From the NCBI GenBank assembly GCA_963746135.1, contig CAVUZZ010000003.1, forward strand, positions 1,096,294-1,160,293: a stretch of DNA of 64,000 nt, given 5' to 3'. Positions 20,278 through 30,598 of this stretch are shown piece by piece (position 1 is the first letter of the stretch; each line of letters begins with the position of its first letter). Source of the stretch: an uncultured Actinomycetes bacterium (GTDB lineage: Bacteria > Actinomycetota > CADDZG01 > WHSQ01). The position numbers and the translations under genes were made by a program. The notes under the pieces were generated by a model, which saw only the letters and a list, made by a program, of their open reading frames with translations, was not told the origin of the DNA and searched no databases.

Positions 20278-20667
20278 ATGGCTTTATCGCTTATCTACGT
20301 GGGAACCCACGCGATCAAGGACGGGAAGCTCGAGGTGGCGAAGCAGGCCAGTCGAGAGCTGGCTAAGTTCGTCGAGGAGAATCACCCCCGTTTCCTACAC
20401 TTCGAAATCAGCTTCTCAGACGACGGCGCGGAGATGCGGGTCGTACAGGTTCATGCCGATGAGGAGTCCATGGCTCTGCATATGCAGCTCGCCGGGGAGA
20501 AGATCGCGGCCGCCTATGAGTTCCTCGATGGCACGACGGACATCCAGATCTTCGGAGACCCGAGTGAGCCCTTCGCCAGCAACTTGCAAAGGATGGCGAT
20601 GGGAGCTCCATTGACTATCAATCGAGCAACCTGCGGTTTCAGCCGCCTTTCAGAAGTCTTAGTCTGA
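20278..20667 (+). CDS. Small hypothetical protein, possibly dimeric alpha/beta-barrel (ABM-like)
   Basis: 129-aa ORF preceded by gggagggag. Sits downstream of the TetR gene. The family assignment is only an impression. Confidence 0.45.
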   Translation: MALSLIYVGTHAIKDGKLEVAKQASRELAKFVEENHPRFLHFEISFSDDGAEMRVVQVHADEESMALHMQLAGEKIAAAYEFLDGTTDIQIFGDPSEPFASNLQRMAMGAPLTINRATCGFSRLSEVLV

Positions 20668-20997
20668 ACCCGCTGCTGGAGCTAGACGGGCGGCGGGCCT
20701 ATAGTTCGGACCGACTCAGCCTTTACGCGCGTTCCCTTAGCGGGTCGTCTGCTGGCCGTCAGAAGCTCGGAAACAAACGGAGGTAGCCGGAAGTCCATGG
20801 TTGGCCCGGACCTCCTTCTGATCGCAGGGATGGAAGTTGTTTGTAGGTCGCCGTTGTTCAAAGAGAATGCCGTTAGCGGACTGGAGAACTGCTCGTAACC
20901 CGGTGAAGGTTCAGATGATTTCTTGGGCAACCGTCCAAAGACCCCTGGAGCATGCAACTACGAACAGATAATTGGCTCGGCTAGCGCGCTTCTGTCG

Positions 20998-21019
20998 GCT
21001 TGGTCCACACCTGGTCCAC
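20998..21019 (+). repeat. 11-bp-phased direct repeat cTTGGTCCAC-acc-TGGTCCAC, 112 nt before the third tRNA-half copy
   Basis: gcttggtccacacctggtccac. An identical 22-mer is at 33260-33281. Confidence 0.6.
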
Positions 21020-21130
21020 ATCGCAGCGCGAAATCGGGGTCATGGAGCGCGAAACAGCGACAAGCGAAAACCTAGTCTGACCTGCGGGAAAAGCTCTAAC
21101 TGGTCGGGATTCGTTTTCCCGTCATTCGCC

Positions 21131-21175
21131 CTCACAACGCAGGGGTCGGCAGTTCGAACCCGTCACCGCCCACTA
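21131..21175 (+). repeat. Third copy of the tRNA-Val 3' half; its anticodon loop reads CAC
   Basis: ctcacaacgcaggggtcggcagttcgaacccgtcaccgcccacta has 3 mismatches against the intact tRNA. One is in the anticodon (tac to cac) and one in the terminal cca. Confidence 0.75.
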
Positions 21176-21442
21176 ACGAAAGTGCAGGTCGTCAATCAAT
21201 CTTGCACACGACGTCCGGAAGCTCTCGGGTGTAGTGAATCTAACCACGTCCGTCGGGTGCAAACCCTGCGTGACGGACAGCAGTTCCTTGCACGTAATGC
21301 ATCGGACGCGCGGCCTTGTCCTTTTGGCAGTTCCAGTTGACACCCAATGGAAAACCGGTCCACTACTCGTTCGCGGGCAGTAGGCTTCGGTGCTCTGTGG
21401 GCGCTGGGGAGGGCCGGCGTCCGGACTCGAGGGGAGCCACAG

Positions 21443-22231
21443 ATGCCCAAACGCTCGTTCATTGCGCTTGCGCTGGTGGCGACGCTGCTCATGATGATGA
21501 GCCCCGCGTCCGCCATCGTCTACGGAGAACCGGACGACGGCAGACATCCCTACGTGGGTGCCTACGCGGTCCAGATCGACGGCGAGATCAACTCGATCTG
21601 CTCCGGAACGCTGATCTCGGAGACGGTCTTTCTGACTGCCGGACACTGCACGGCTGCGGGCCAGCAGCTCGCCGATGAGGGCACGGACGCGTTCGTAACC
21701 TTTGACGACGAGGCCACCCCTGACGCGAGCTATATAACCGGCACCTCGCACACCCATCCCGAGTTCGGCTCCGGCGGCTTCAACGACGCTCACGACATCG
21801 CAGTGATCGTGCTCGACGAGCCGGTGGCGATGGATACCTACGGAGAGCTGCCGACCGAGGGACTCCTCGACGAGCTGAAGCAACAGCTCAAGAACGAGAC
21901 CTTCACCGCAGTCGGGTACGGCGCCATCCGTGAGTCGCGCAAGAAGGGTCCCCAGGGAATCCTGCCGAACGACGAGCGAAGGATGGCAACGCAGTCCTTC
22001 CTTTCGCTGCAAAAGGCCTGGCTCAAGCTGTCGATGAATGAGGCCACCGGCGACCAGGGCACGTGCTTCGGCGACTCGGGCGGACCTCACTTCCTGGGCG
22101 GAGAGGACTCCAATCTCATCGTGTCCATCACCGTGACGGGCGACACAGTGTGTAAGGCGACCGACGTGACCTATCGCGTCGACACCCCGGTCGCCCGGGA
22201 CTTCCTGGACGAGTTCATAGCCGTACCGTAG
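21443..22231 (+). CDS. Secreted trypsin-like serine protease (S1 family)
   Basis: ATG 21443 after ggggag. Signal peptide, then IVYGEP. Catalytic triad contexts are LTAGHC, HDIAVI and CFGDSGGP. Confidence 0.9.
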   Translation: MPKRSFIALALVATLLMMMSPASAIVYGEPDDGRHPYVGAYAVQIDGEINSICSGTLISETVFLTAGHCTAAGQQLADEGTDAFVTFDDEATPDASYITGTSHTHPEFGSGGFNDAHDIAVIVLDEPVAMDTYGELPTEGLLDELKQQLKNETFTAVGYGAIRESRKKGPQGILPNDERRMATQSFLSLQKAWLKLSMNEATGDQGTCFGDSGGPHFLGGEDSNLIVSITVTGDTVCKATDVTYRVDTPVARDFLDEFIAVP

Positions 22232-22251
22232 TTGCCATCCGACGTTTAATG

Positions 22252-22276
22252 CTGTGGGGGCTTCGGCCCCCTACAG
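22252..22276. terminator. Hairpin between convergent protease genes
   Basis: ctgtgggggc-ttcg-gccccctacag (one bulge), followed by ttgt. Confidence 0.4.
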
Positions 22277-22544
22277 TTGTCGGCGTGAACGAGACGCGCA
22301 CCTCCGCTCGCTCGCTTCCTCTTCCCCGGAAGGGTCACCTTCCTCATTACCGACATCGAGGGGTCGACTCACGTCAGGCGAATCTGGTGATCCTGCTGTG
22401 ACTCACGCGCTCCTAGCTCGGAGCTCAAAGGAGCGCCGGTTTCCAGCCCGTGAGCGACTCTTGTCCGCCCGATCGGCGATCCACGGTGCAGCGGAGGGAG
22501 GCCACACACGCGACCTCCCTCCATCCACACTCCTGTAGTTACTG

Positions 22545-24056
22545 CTAGTTCGGCGTATTCCTCACATCGACCTTGGTCTTCGAGAAGAACAAGACAGTAT
22601 GGGCAGCAGCGTCGGACATCTCATCCAGCGCTCGCAGACCCAACCCCGGAGCTGTGGCCCCACCCGTACCGGCGAATGTGTCGCATGCTACGTGGTAGCA
22701 GGGGTCCAGTTGGGCGTCCACGATGCCGCCGTACTGGGCGACCTGAGCCGCTGTCTTCGGTTGCTCGGCGCCGGTGAACAGCCCACCGGCCGGGATACCG
22801 TCGGCGATGAAGGGCCCGTAGTCGGAGCGCCCGTCGAACGCGGTGGGCTCATTGAAGAGCCCCTGGCTAGCGAAGTAGTCGACGAACACATCTTCGATCA
22901 AACCCGACCCGGTAGGTCCTTCGGGACCGATGGTTCCGTCGCCGTCGTACACATACCGCGCGTAGTTGGGCGAACCGATCATGTCGAAGTTCAGCATCGC
23001 GAGGATGTCGTCCTTCTCACTCTGGGACAGCTCCTCCACGTACTTCGTTGACCCGATGAGGCCAATCTCCTCCGCGCCGTACCACATGAACCGAAGTTTG
23101 TTGCGTGGAGTCCGATTCTGTGCCGAGTAGACCTCAGCGATCTCAAGAATCCCGCCCGAGCCACTTCCGTTGTCGTTGATTCCAGGGCCAGCGGGAACGC
23201 TGTCGAGATGAGCACCGATCACCACCGTCCTGTTGGGATCGCCACCGGGGGTCTCGGCGATAACGTTCACGCTCTCGCCTAGTTGCTCCAGAACCTCGGT
23301 CTCAACTCGGGCAACGGTCCCCGGATCGCTGAGGTCGACGCCTACGTCGAAGCTCGTCCCCACTCCGGGGATGTGAATGCCCTCGGCCCCCAGGGGCAGG
23401 TTGTTCGGCACAGCTGTGCGGCCCGGCTGGCCCTCGTTGAAGATGATTAGGCCGGACGCTCCAAATTCCTGAGCGTTGGCGGCCTTCTGGACGTACGGGC
23501 ACGTCCCCCGCTGGATGAGTGCGATATTCCCTGCTGGGAAACCGGCGAAGTCCTCTGCCTCACAGCCACTGGTGTTCGAGTTCGGAACAGGTCCGGGAGG
23601 AAGCATGAGGTCGACCCCGGTCACCGGAGCGGTCACCTCGCCGGAACCAGTGAACGACACGAAATCCCCGTCGAACGCGGGCCGGGACCCCGCCGTAAAC
23701 ACCTGGGGTTCTGGGGCGATCTCCTCGAGCACAGGAGGCGAGCCCTCGCTAAACGATTCAACATAGGTGAACGGGTCGAGGCTTACATCGAGGCCGGCGG
23801 CCTCGGCTTTCTCCACCACGTACTCCACCGATGCGTCATAGCCAGCGGTGCCCACTGCGCGATTCCCGCCGTTCGCATCCGCGATTGCCTGGAGTGCTGC
23901 CTGGTGCTCGCGGATCCCTCCAACTGTGACGGCCTTGCGAAATCCCTTGCTCTCGCTGATCGGATCTGCCGATGCGGATGTCGCCGGCTGCACGAGCAAA
24001 AGGACCATCACGACGAGCGAGACCAATGATGTTCGGGGGGAAGCCCTCCCAATCAT
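22545..24056 (-). CDS. Secreted M28 aminopeptidase with PA domain
   Basis: ATG 24056 after ggagga. Signal peptide present. PA domain GNIALIQRGTCPYVQKAANAQEFGASGLIIFNE. M28 core VIGAHLDSV..GINDNGSGSG..FMWYGAEEIGLIGS. Confidence 0.88.
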   Translation of the reverse strand: MIGRASPRTSLVSLVVMVLLLVQPATSASADPISESKGFRKAVTVGGIREHQAALQAIADANGGNRAVGTAGYDASVEYVVEKAEAAGLDVSLDPFTYVESFSEGSPPVLEEIAPEPQVFTAGSRPAFDGDFVSFTGSGEVTAPVTGVDLMLPPGPVPNSNTSGCEAEDFAGFPAGNIALIQRGTCPYVQKAANAQEFGASGLIIFNEGQPGRTAVPNNLPLGAEGIHIPGVGTSFDVGVDLSDPGTVARVETEVLEQLGESVNVIAETPGGDPNRTVVIGAHLDSVPAGPGINDNGSGSGGILEIAEVYSAQNRTPRNKLRFMWYGAEEIGLIGSTKYVEELSQSEKDDILAMLNFDMIGSPNYARYVYDGDGTIGPEGPTGSGLIEDVFVDYFASQGLFNEPTAFDGRSDYGPFIADGIPAGGLFTGAEQPKTAAQVAQYGGIVDAQLDPCYHVACDTFAGTGGATAPGLGLRALDEMSDAAAHTVLFFSKTKVDVRNTPN

Positions 24057-24422
24057 TCTTCCTCCTCTCTGGCTCCACCGCGGAGCCTTATCCCGTCCCC
24101 TCAAGACGGGTGGGCGTGATGCTAGCCCTTCGAGGTTCCTCCTGGCGAATCGGACATCGCAACCTGCTTTGCGGCAGTTGTCGTCGCCCCACGGGCGGCT
24201 CTGCGTCATTGCGTGACTCATGAGACTTGATGGCAATGACGAAACTCATCGGAACCCGACACGCCTGGACCCCGACTCAATTCAAAACCCCTGGGCATCA
24301 CGGAACCCACTCGCGAACGGGATCCCCGCCCGGCAAACGATGGGAGCGCTCGGTCACGAGCGCTCCCATCGTTTCTTGGTTCGCAGTAGGTCTACTCGAA
24401 CCGGAAGAAGGCCCTGTGCTGC

Positions 24423-27162
24423 TTACCGTCGTCGCGCGTGACGACGACCTCGCGGCAAGTGCCTCCCCACTCCTCCATGCGTCTCCCAGTTGTAGAGGAA
24501 GACTCCGTTCGAATTCACGGTGAGCTTCGAGTTGCCCGGGGTCTCCGTCGCGATCGGGTACTCCCGCGGCGTGGTGATGCCCGGGGTGATACTGGGCACC
24601 TGCAGCGTTCCACAGTCGACTCTGCGGGAGAAGGGCGAGTCGCTTGCCAAGACGTCCAGCTCCTTGTAACCGTCCGCGGTGAACCTGAGCGGCACAGCAT
24701 CGCCCGCATCAACGTCCCTAAGGGAGCCGTACGCATGGGAGGCCGGAGGCTGGAAGCCTCGCCGGCAGTCCGGATGCGTGTCGAACGCCTCGGTGTTGTC
24801 GTCGCGGTTCGTCGTTCCCTGCACCGCACTGAAACCGAGGCCGCGGCGGGCGAACGTCGCCCACAGTGTGCACGTGTCCTCCCCGTCGCTCAGCTCATCG
24901 GCGCCCGCGATGATCGCCGCTCGTGCGACGACCAGCCCTGGACCGCACCCCTGAATCTTGAGCCCGTCCATCACGTACTGGAAGGCGCGGGTGTTCCCGC
25001 CCGCTTCCCAGCCGTCGTACAAGTTGGCGTGGAACCCGTGCTTGTCGATCAGGTCCCAGTTCATGTCCCACAAGACCGAGTTCCAGCCGTGGCCAAGGCC
25101 GTGCGGCAGCGCGAGCGACGTCGGATTGCCCTGCGCGTCGGCGAGCCATCCGTTCGTCTTGATCGAGTCGTACGTGAACGGCTGGATCGTCATGTCGCGC
25201 GTGTACGGCCGCGGGCGTAGCCCGTTGCCGTGCCGGTTCGGCTGGAACAGCACGTACGGCACGAGGCCACGCGGCTCGTCGGGATCGTCGAGAGCCGGGT
25301 CGAGCGGGATCGTGAGACCGATGTAGTCGCTCCAGCCCTCACCCGCCTGCTCGTTCCCGCTCAGACAGTTGATCCCCGGGCCGCCCGTCAGGCGGTTGGA
25401 GACCCCGTGCCCGTACTCGTGGCCGATGATCGCGAAGTCGAAGTCGCCGTCGCGGATCCCCGGATGAGTCGGGTTCTTGCGCACCGCGCCCGACGCGGGC
25501 AGCGCCGCACGCAGCGCGTCGCCGTCCGCCACCGTGATGGCGACGGCCGGAATCCCGGGCGACGCGACCGCCATCCCACCCGTGCCGGCGGAGATGACCG
25601 TTGTGCTCGGCGTGGTTCCGGTGCCCGTCGTCATGACGATGGCATTGGCACCGGCAGTCTCCGCCTGCCGGGTTTTCTCGATCGGCTGGCAGCCGGTGGT
25701 CCCACCGACGACGATCGCGATCCAGTCGCCGGCCGGTGCCCCCGCATAGTCCGCGGGCACGCAGCCGTTGCCGGCGTCGTGGAACTGACCCGTAAGACCG
25801 GCGTTCGGAGCCGGCGGGCCGAACCGCGCCCACCCGGCCCCGAAGCTGGCGCCGCCGTCCACAGCGACCTGGTTCTGCGACCCGAGCTGGTTGCCCGGCC
25901 ACAAGAACATCTGCATTCGCGGCGTCCCGCCGGACGACGGAGTGCTGAAGTTCGCGTTGTTCGTCCCATCCCCGTCGGCGGCCTCGCAGCGGACGTAGTC
26001 GCCGTTCGAGAACGGACCGCCGCTGTAGTTCATCGCCTGGAAGTTGTCCGTATCCTCGGTGAAGCCGTACAGCGAGGTGAGGTCATGGACGATGTTGCAG
26101 CCGTAGAAGAGGTTCGTCACCACGGCCTCTCGGTAGGCCTGCGATGTTCGTTCAGGTCGACCGGGAAGTCGAAGTCCAGCCCCGGTCCGCCGACGGTGTC
26201 GCCGAAGTCGGGCTGCTGGTTGGTGTCCTGGTCGAGATAGGCGTGGACGTTGTTTCCGCGCGTGTTCGTGAACTCCGCTCCGGCAACGCCGTTGGTGTCG
26301 TGCCAGCCGAACGGAGAGAAGCGATCGTCGGCGGGATTGTCGACCACCGTACGCGGCCCGTCGTTCGGGCCCTCTCTCGGAATCTGGAAGACATTGTAGC
26401 TCGACCCGTCGACCGCGGGACTCGGCGGAAGGGGAGGCTCGCTCGCCGCCGCCGCGCTCGCGGAGCTCGTGCGCATGAGCGTGCTAGCGAGACTCTCGTA
26501 CGAGTCCTGGTTCGTCCAGTCGTCCACCTTCAGGAGCTCTCCGGTCTCGGCGTCCACCGCCGCGTTCCACAGGTGGCCGTCGGAGGAGTCGTCGATCGTG
26601 AGCTGCCAGGCCAGGCGCAGCCCCTGCCTCGTGGGCTGCCAACCGAGACGAGCCGGGATCGGCTCGTCGGAGATGCCGCCGCGCGAGAGCACGGTCTCCT
26701 GAGCGCGCCTCCCTCTTCGCGGAGCACGCGCAGGTCATCGACATCATCGAGCTCGAGCTCATCGGCCGCTGCTTCGACCGCCTCTGTGGCATCCAGATCA
26801 GCGTCGCCGGAGGCCCCGGTGCTGAGGTCGCGCACGAACGCACCCGCTGCGAAGATCACCTCATCATCGGCCGCGATATTCACCGTCGCGTGTCCCCCGA
26901 AGACCTCGAGGCCTTGGTAGCGCTGGTTCAGGTTGACGTGGGTGATGCCGCTGTGCGAACTCGTGTACCTACTGGTGACAAATACATCGGCGACATCGGC
27001 GCGCGTGACACCGAGCTTCGCCGCATTGCCTTCGACGTAGTCGATAGCGTCCGCTGAATCGTTTTCCTGCGCCGGTGCAGAGCTCACCCCAAGCGCCGGT
27101 AAGGCGAGCGCCACCGCGATCAAGATCGGCAGGATTTTTCGCACCCCAAATGAGGACTTCAC
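24423..27162 (-). pseudogene. M36 (fungalysin-type) metalloprotease with FTP propeptide and PA-domain insert, interrupted by two frameshifts
   Basis: ORFs 26530-27162, 26117-26692 and 24423-26123 read as one protein. It runs from signal peptide and FTP-like propeptide through ..AVVTNLFY.. to the HEYGHGVSNRL zinc site. Junctions lie at about 26692-26705 and about 26138-26150. Confidence 0.8.
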
Positions 27163-27329
27163 CGCGTATCCCCCCTTGTAAATGGAGCCGCCCTAGGCTC
27201 CCGTCGAAGGGCTCTCCGCGCCCCCCGAGCAAAGTAAGCAAATTATGCAATCAGGTTTCCTTTATCGTCAATGGTGGGTTTTACTACCAAAAGTCGCCCG
27301 AATTCGCCCTCGTGATTGGGCGGGATGCG

Positions 27330-28076
27330 TTACAGGTTTCCGACCGATTCGGGATCGAGGCCCTTGAGAGGCTCTACCGGCTTTTTACCTTCCTCGATTC
27401 GCCACAGACTGAACGCAACCGTGGAAGCGATTAACCAGGCAATCCCGAGCATGAAGCCACCCACCACGTCGGTGAGGAAGTGCACCCCAAGCATGAGGCG
27501 GGCGACGCCGATGCCCCAGACCAACATCAAAGCTCCCAGCAGCACTGGTATGCGCCATCTGCGCGGCACAAGTGGCAAGAAGACGAGCAACAAGACCCCG
27601 TAGCCGATCGTAGACATCATCGTGTGTCCGGACGGAAATGCGTTTGCGGGTGCCGTAGCCACCGGGTCCTCGATATGGGGGCGAGGCCGCTCCACCCAAT
27701 ACTTCACCGCAGTGTCGACCAGCCCTCCAATCAGTCCCGTCACCACGATGAAGATCGCAATGCGACGGCGATGCTTGATCCAGAGGAAGATGGACGCACC
27801 ACCGAGCAGGAAATAGAACCACGGCGGACTGCCGACGAAGCTGATCACCTCCAATGCGACGACGAGCCCGGGGGAGTCAGTGACCAGCGGGTGAAATGCC
27901 TCTGCGGCCCAGATGTCCAGGTCGTTGAGGTCGGGGTCCGTCGTCGTGAGCTGGGTAACGAGGAGACCGAGGGGGCCGAACAGCAAGACGACCGCGAGCG
28001 CGAACAGGATGATTCTTGCGCCGTAACGCTTGGGAGGATCCAGCCAGCGCCCGAGGGTCGTTGGGCTACCTTTCAT
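27330..28076 (-). CDS. PAP2-family membrane phosphatase
   Basis: Motifs FPSGHTMMS and ARLMLGVHFLTDVVGG, with several TM segments. Confidence 0.85.
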   Translation of the reverse strand: MKGSPTTLGRWLDPPKRYGARIILFALAVVLLFGPLGLLVTQLTTTDPDLNDLDIWAAEAFHPLVTDSPGLVVALEVISFVGSPPWFYFLLGGASIFLWIKHRRRIAIFIVVTGLIGGLVDTAVKYWVERPRPHIEDPVATAPANAFPSGHTMMSTIGYGVLLLVFLPLVPRRWRIPVLLGALMLVWGIGVARLMLGVHFLTDVVGGFMLGIAWLIASTVAFSLWRIEEGKKPVEPLKGLDPESVGNL

Positions 28077-28093
28077 CCCTGTAGCTCTCTGGC

Positions 28094-29791
28094 CTACAGG
28101 GACGGCGCGGTCTCGGTCCGAGACTGCTGCCCTCTCTCGGGTATCAGGAATCTTCCCGAATCACTCGTCTCTTCCGGGTCACGAACGGTTTCGTTGTAAC
28201 GCCGAAACGTTCGCGGACCCGGGACACCGGCGCGGACAGCCTCGAGCTGCGCAGCCAAGGCGACCCCGAGAAACAGCGCAAGGGCGGTTGCGTAGGCCCA
28301 CGTCAGGATCGCGATGATGCCGAGCAAAGGTCCGTAGGTGCTCCCGAGTTGATCGCTGACGGAGTAGTACACCGCGAGCAACGCGGTCAGGATCACCCAT
28401 AGCCCAGTGGCCATAATCGTTCCGGTCTGAAGCCATGCGATCCCGGGCTGGCGGCGATTCGGCGAAACCTTGTAAACGAGTGTCAGCGCGGCGAATACCA
28501 GCAGCAGGCCCGCCGGCCACCGCGCGATTGCGAAAACCGTAGTCGCGGTGTCACCCAGTACGCCGCCTTCGGAGAGGCCTTTGCCGAGGGCTTGACCAGC
28601 AGCCAGGAACGTGAACGCCAGAACGAGCAGCACACCCGCACTGAAGCTCAAAAGGAGCCCCACGGTCAGCTTCGCCGATATGGAACGATCTCGAACCATC
28701 CCGTAGATCCGGTTACAGCCGCGCTCGATCTGGGCCATAGCGAACATCCCCGACGTCACGGCGGCAATCAATCCGCCGACGAGCGCGGCACCCCCGCCTG
28801 CCTGTGAGCCTTGGCGGAACGCCGTGCTCAGGACTCTTCCCGACGGCCCGGGGGCGAGTTGCTTCAGAGTGTGTTCCAGTACTTCGCGAAAGGTCGTGAA
28901 ATCGAATGCCGTAGCGATGGCGATGGTCGAGATGAGTGCGGGGATCGCGGTCAAGACTGTCGCATGCGCCAGGGCACGAACGTGGGAGAAGCCGTCGGCC
29001 GTCCGAAACCGGATAAAGGAATTGACCAACAGTCGCTTCCAACCAACATCTCGCAGCATCCTCCGTGCGTCGTCACCATCGAGCTCGTATGTTTCGGGCA
29101 CAGCACTCGACGTTGTCAATCTTCCCCTCCTCGTGTGTACCGTCGCATCAGACGACGGTCTCCACTTCGCCGTCCTCTTACGGATGTCGTCACGCCGCGT
29201 CCAGATCATCCGACCGCCCAGGAACAGAACGACGAGCGTGAGCAGGCCCCACCCGAACTGGGATAGGAGCTGGTCGACGAGTTGGATCTGGGAACTCAAG
29301 AGGTAGCCGAGCAGAGTCACACCGATGGACCACAAGGCGATCGCGCCCGCGTCGAAATAGAGGAAGCGACGGAACGGCATCCCACTCATCCCTGCGGCGA
29401 AGGGCATGAAGGTCCCGACCACGGAGACATAGCGGCCGATGAATATCGTCTTGCCGCCGTTGCGGCGGAAGTAGTCATGCGCCTCATCGAGATGCTTCTC
29501 GAACCGGTTCGCGAGCGGCAAATGACGCGTGATCCGAACTCCGTAGCGGCGTCCCAGCCAGAAGCTGACGGTTTCACCGAGGAGACCTGCCAGGGCTCCG
29601 ACAAGCATCACCACGACGACTGAGAGATCGCCGCGTCCCGCATACACGCCACCGAGAGCGAGGAAGAGCTCTCCAGGGAGCACGACCCCCGTGAACGCTC
29701 CCCGGTCGAGGAAGATCAGGCCGGCGATGGCGAGGTATCCCACGGCCCCCGAGTACAGGGGCCCGAACACGTCAACGATGGTCTTGATCAC
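28094..29791 (-). CDS. Fusion of a DedA/SNARE-associated domain (N-terminal) and a YihY/BrkB-family domain (C-terminal)
   Basis: Residues 1 to ~190 are DedA-like (..VVLPGELFLALGGVYAG..TIFIGRYVSVVGTFMPFAAGM..). Residues ~230-565 are YihY-like (..NSFIRFRTADGFSHVRALAHATVLTAIPAL..). Confidence 0.7.
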   Translation of the reverse strand: MIKTIVDVFGPLYSGAVGYLAIAGLIFLDRGAFTGVVLPGELFLALGGVYAGRGDLSVVVVMLVGALAGLLGETVSFWLGRRYGVRITRHLPLANRFEKHLDEAHDYFRRNGGKTIFIGRYVSVVGTFMPFAAGMSGMPFRRFLYFDAGAIALWSIGVTLLGYLLSSQIQLVDQLLSQFGWGLLTLVVLFLGGRMIWTRRDDIRKRTAKWRPSSDATVHTRRGRLTTSSAVPETYELDGDDARRMLRDVGWKRLLVNSFIRFRTADGFSHVRALAHATVLTAIPALISTIAIATAFDFTTFREVLEHTLKQLAPGPSGRVLSTAFRQGSQAGGGAALVGGLIAAVTSGMFAMAQIERGCNRIYGMVRDRSISAKLTVGLLLSFSAGVLLVLAFTFLAAGQALGKGLSEGGVLGDTATTVFAIARWPAGLLLVFAALTLVYKVSPNRRQPGIAWLQTGTIMATGLWVILTALLAVYYSVSDQLGSTYGPLLGIIAILTWAYATALALFLGVALAAQLEAVRAGVPGPRTFRRYNETVRDPEETSDSGRFLIPERGQQSRTETAPSL

Positions 29792-30598
29792 CCAAGGTGT
29801 TTCCCCCGAGTTGGCGAAGCAAAACGAGATGGCCCGTTTGTCCCTATCGGGGGCACGCAGGACATGTGCCGACGATCCGCTGCGCTTGGACCGTTCGGAC
29901 TCACGGATTCACTGAACGACAGCCATGCTCGTCGCTGTTGGAATCGGCAGGAGCTTGCCTTCCCTAAATTACGTACGCGGCGAGGGGATTTTCCCCAGCG
30001 AACGGCATTTTTGAGCCTCGCGTTGCTGTCTATCTTGTTTCGGAAATTGGTTCGTGCATGGGCGGTGGGCATCACCGCGTGGGGAGCGGTCGCCACCACC
30101 CTTGGGAGGGATGCCTCTGAGCTCAACCTGATGAAACCTCGAGTCCTTCCCGCCCGACCTTACAAAAGGAGAGCTTTCCGAACTCACAGCGACTATTGGT
30201 CGCACGTTCTCGACAGACCGGTACGGAGACGGTCCTGGGCTCATGCTCTGGCGGGAGGCGCAACGCGCGATTGGTGAGCTCATGATCACGCGCGAGGATG
30301 GTGTGACTGCGTGTTGTGGCGAGCCAGTGCAAACTTGGTATTGGAGCCGCCGACCCCTCCGACGCCAGCCGTAGCAATCTTTCCGTATTTTGATGCTGCT
30401 CATCGCTATCTCCTTGCAGAGCTGCCTTCTGAAGAGGCCGCAGTCTGCTCGTCAGTGGACTTGCCCTGTCCAAGGTCACCCAAAGTCCATTCGACGGTGT
30501 TTCATTTGTCGACCTCGTTTCCGCTAGAGCCTCCGTTACTGCCATCACGACACCATCAACACATCGTCACCAACAAACCGCTCAACAGGGTTTCACCG

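Larger units (their letters stand above)
19181..21175. mobile_element. Decayed integrative island B
   Basis: Bounded by the second and third tRNA-half copies. An integrase remnant is at its tRNA-proximal end. The cargo is a TetR gene plus a small ABM-like gene. Confidence 0.5.
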
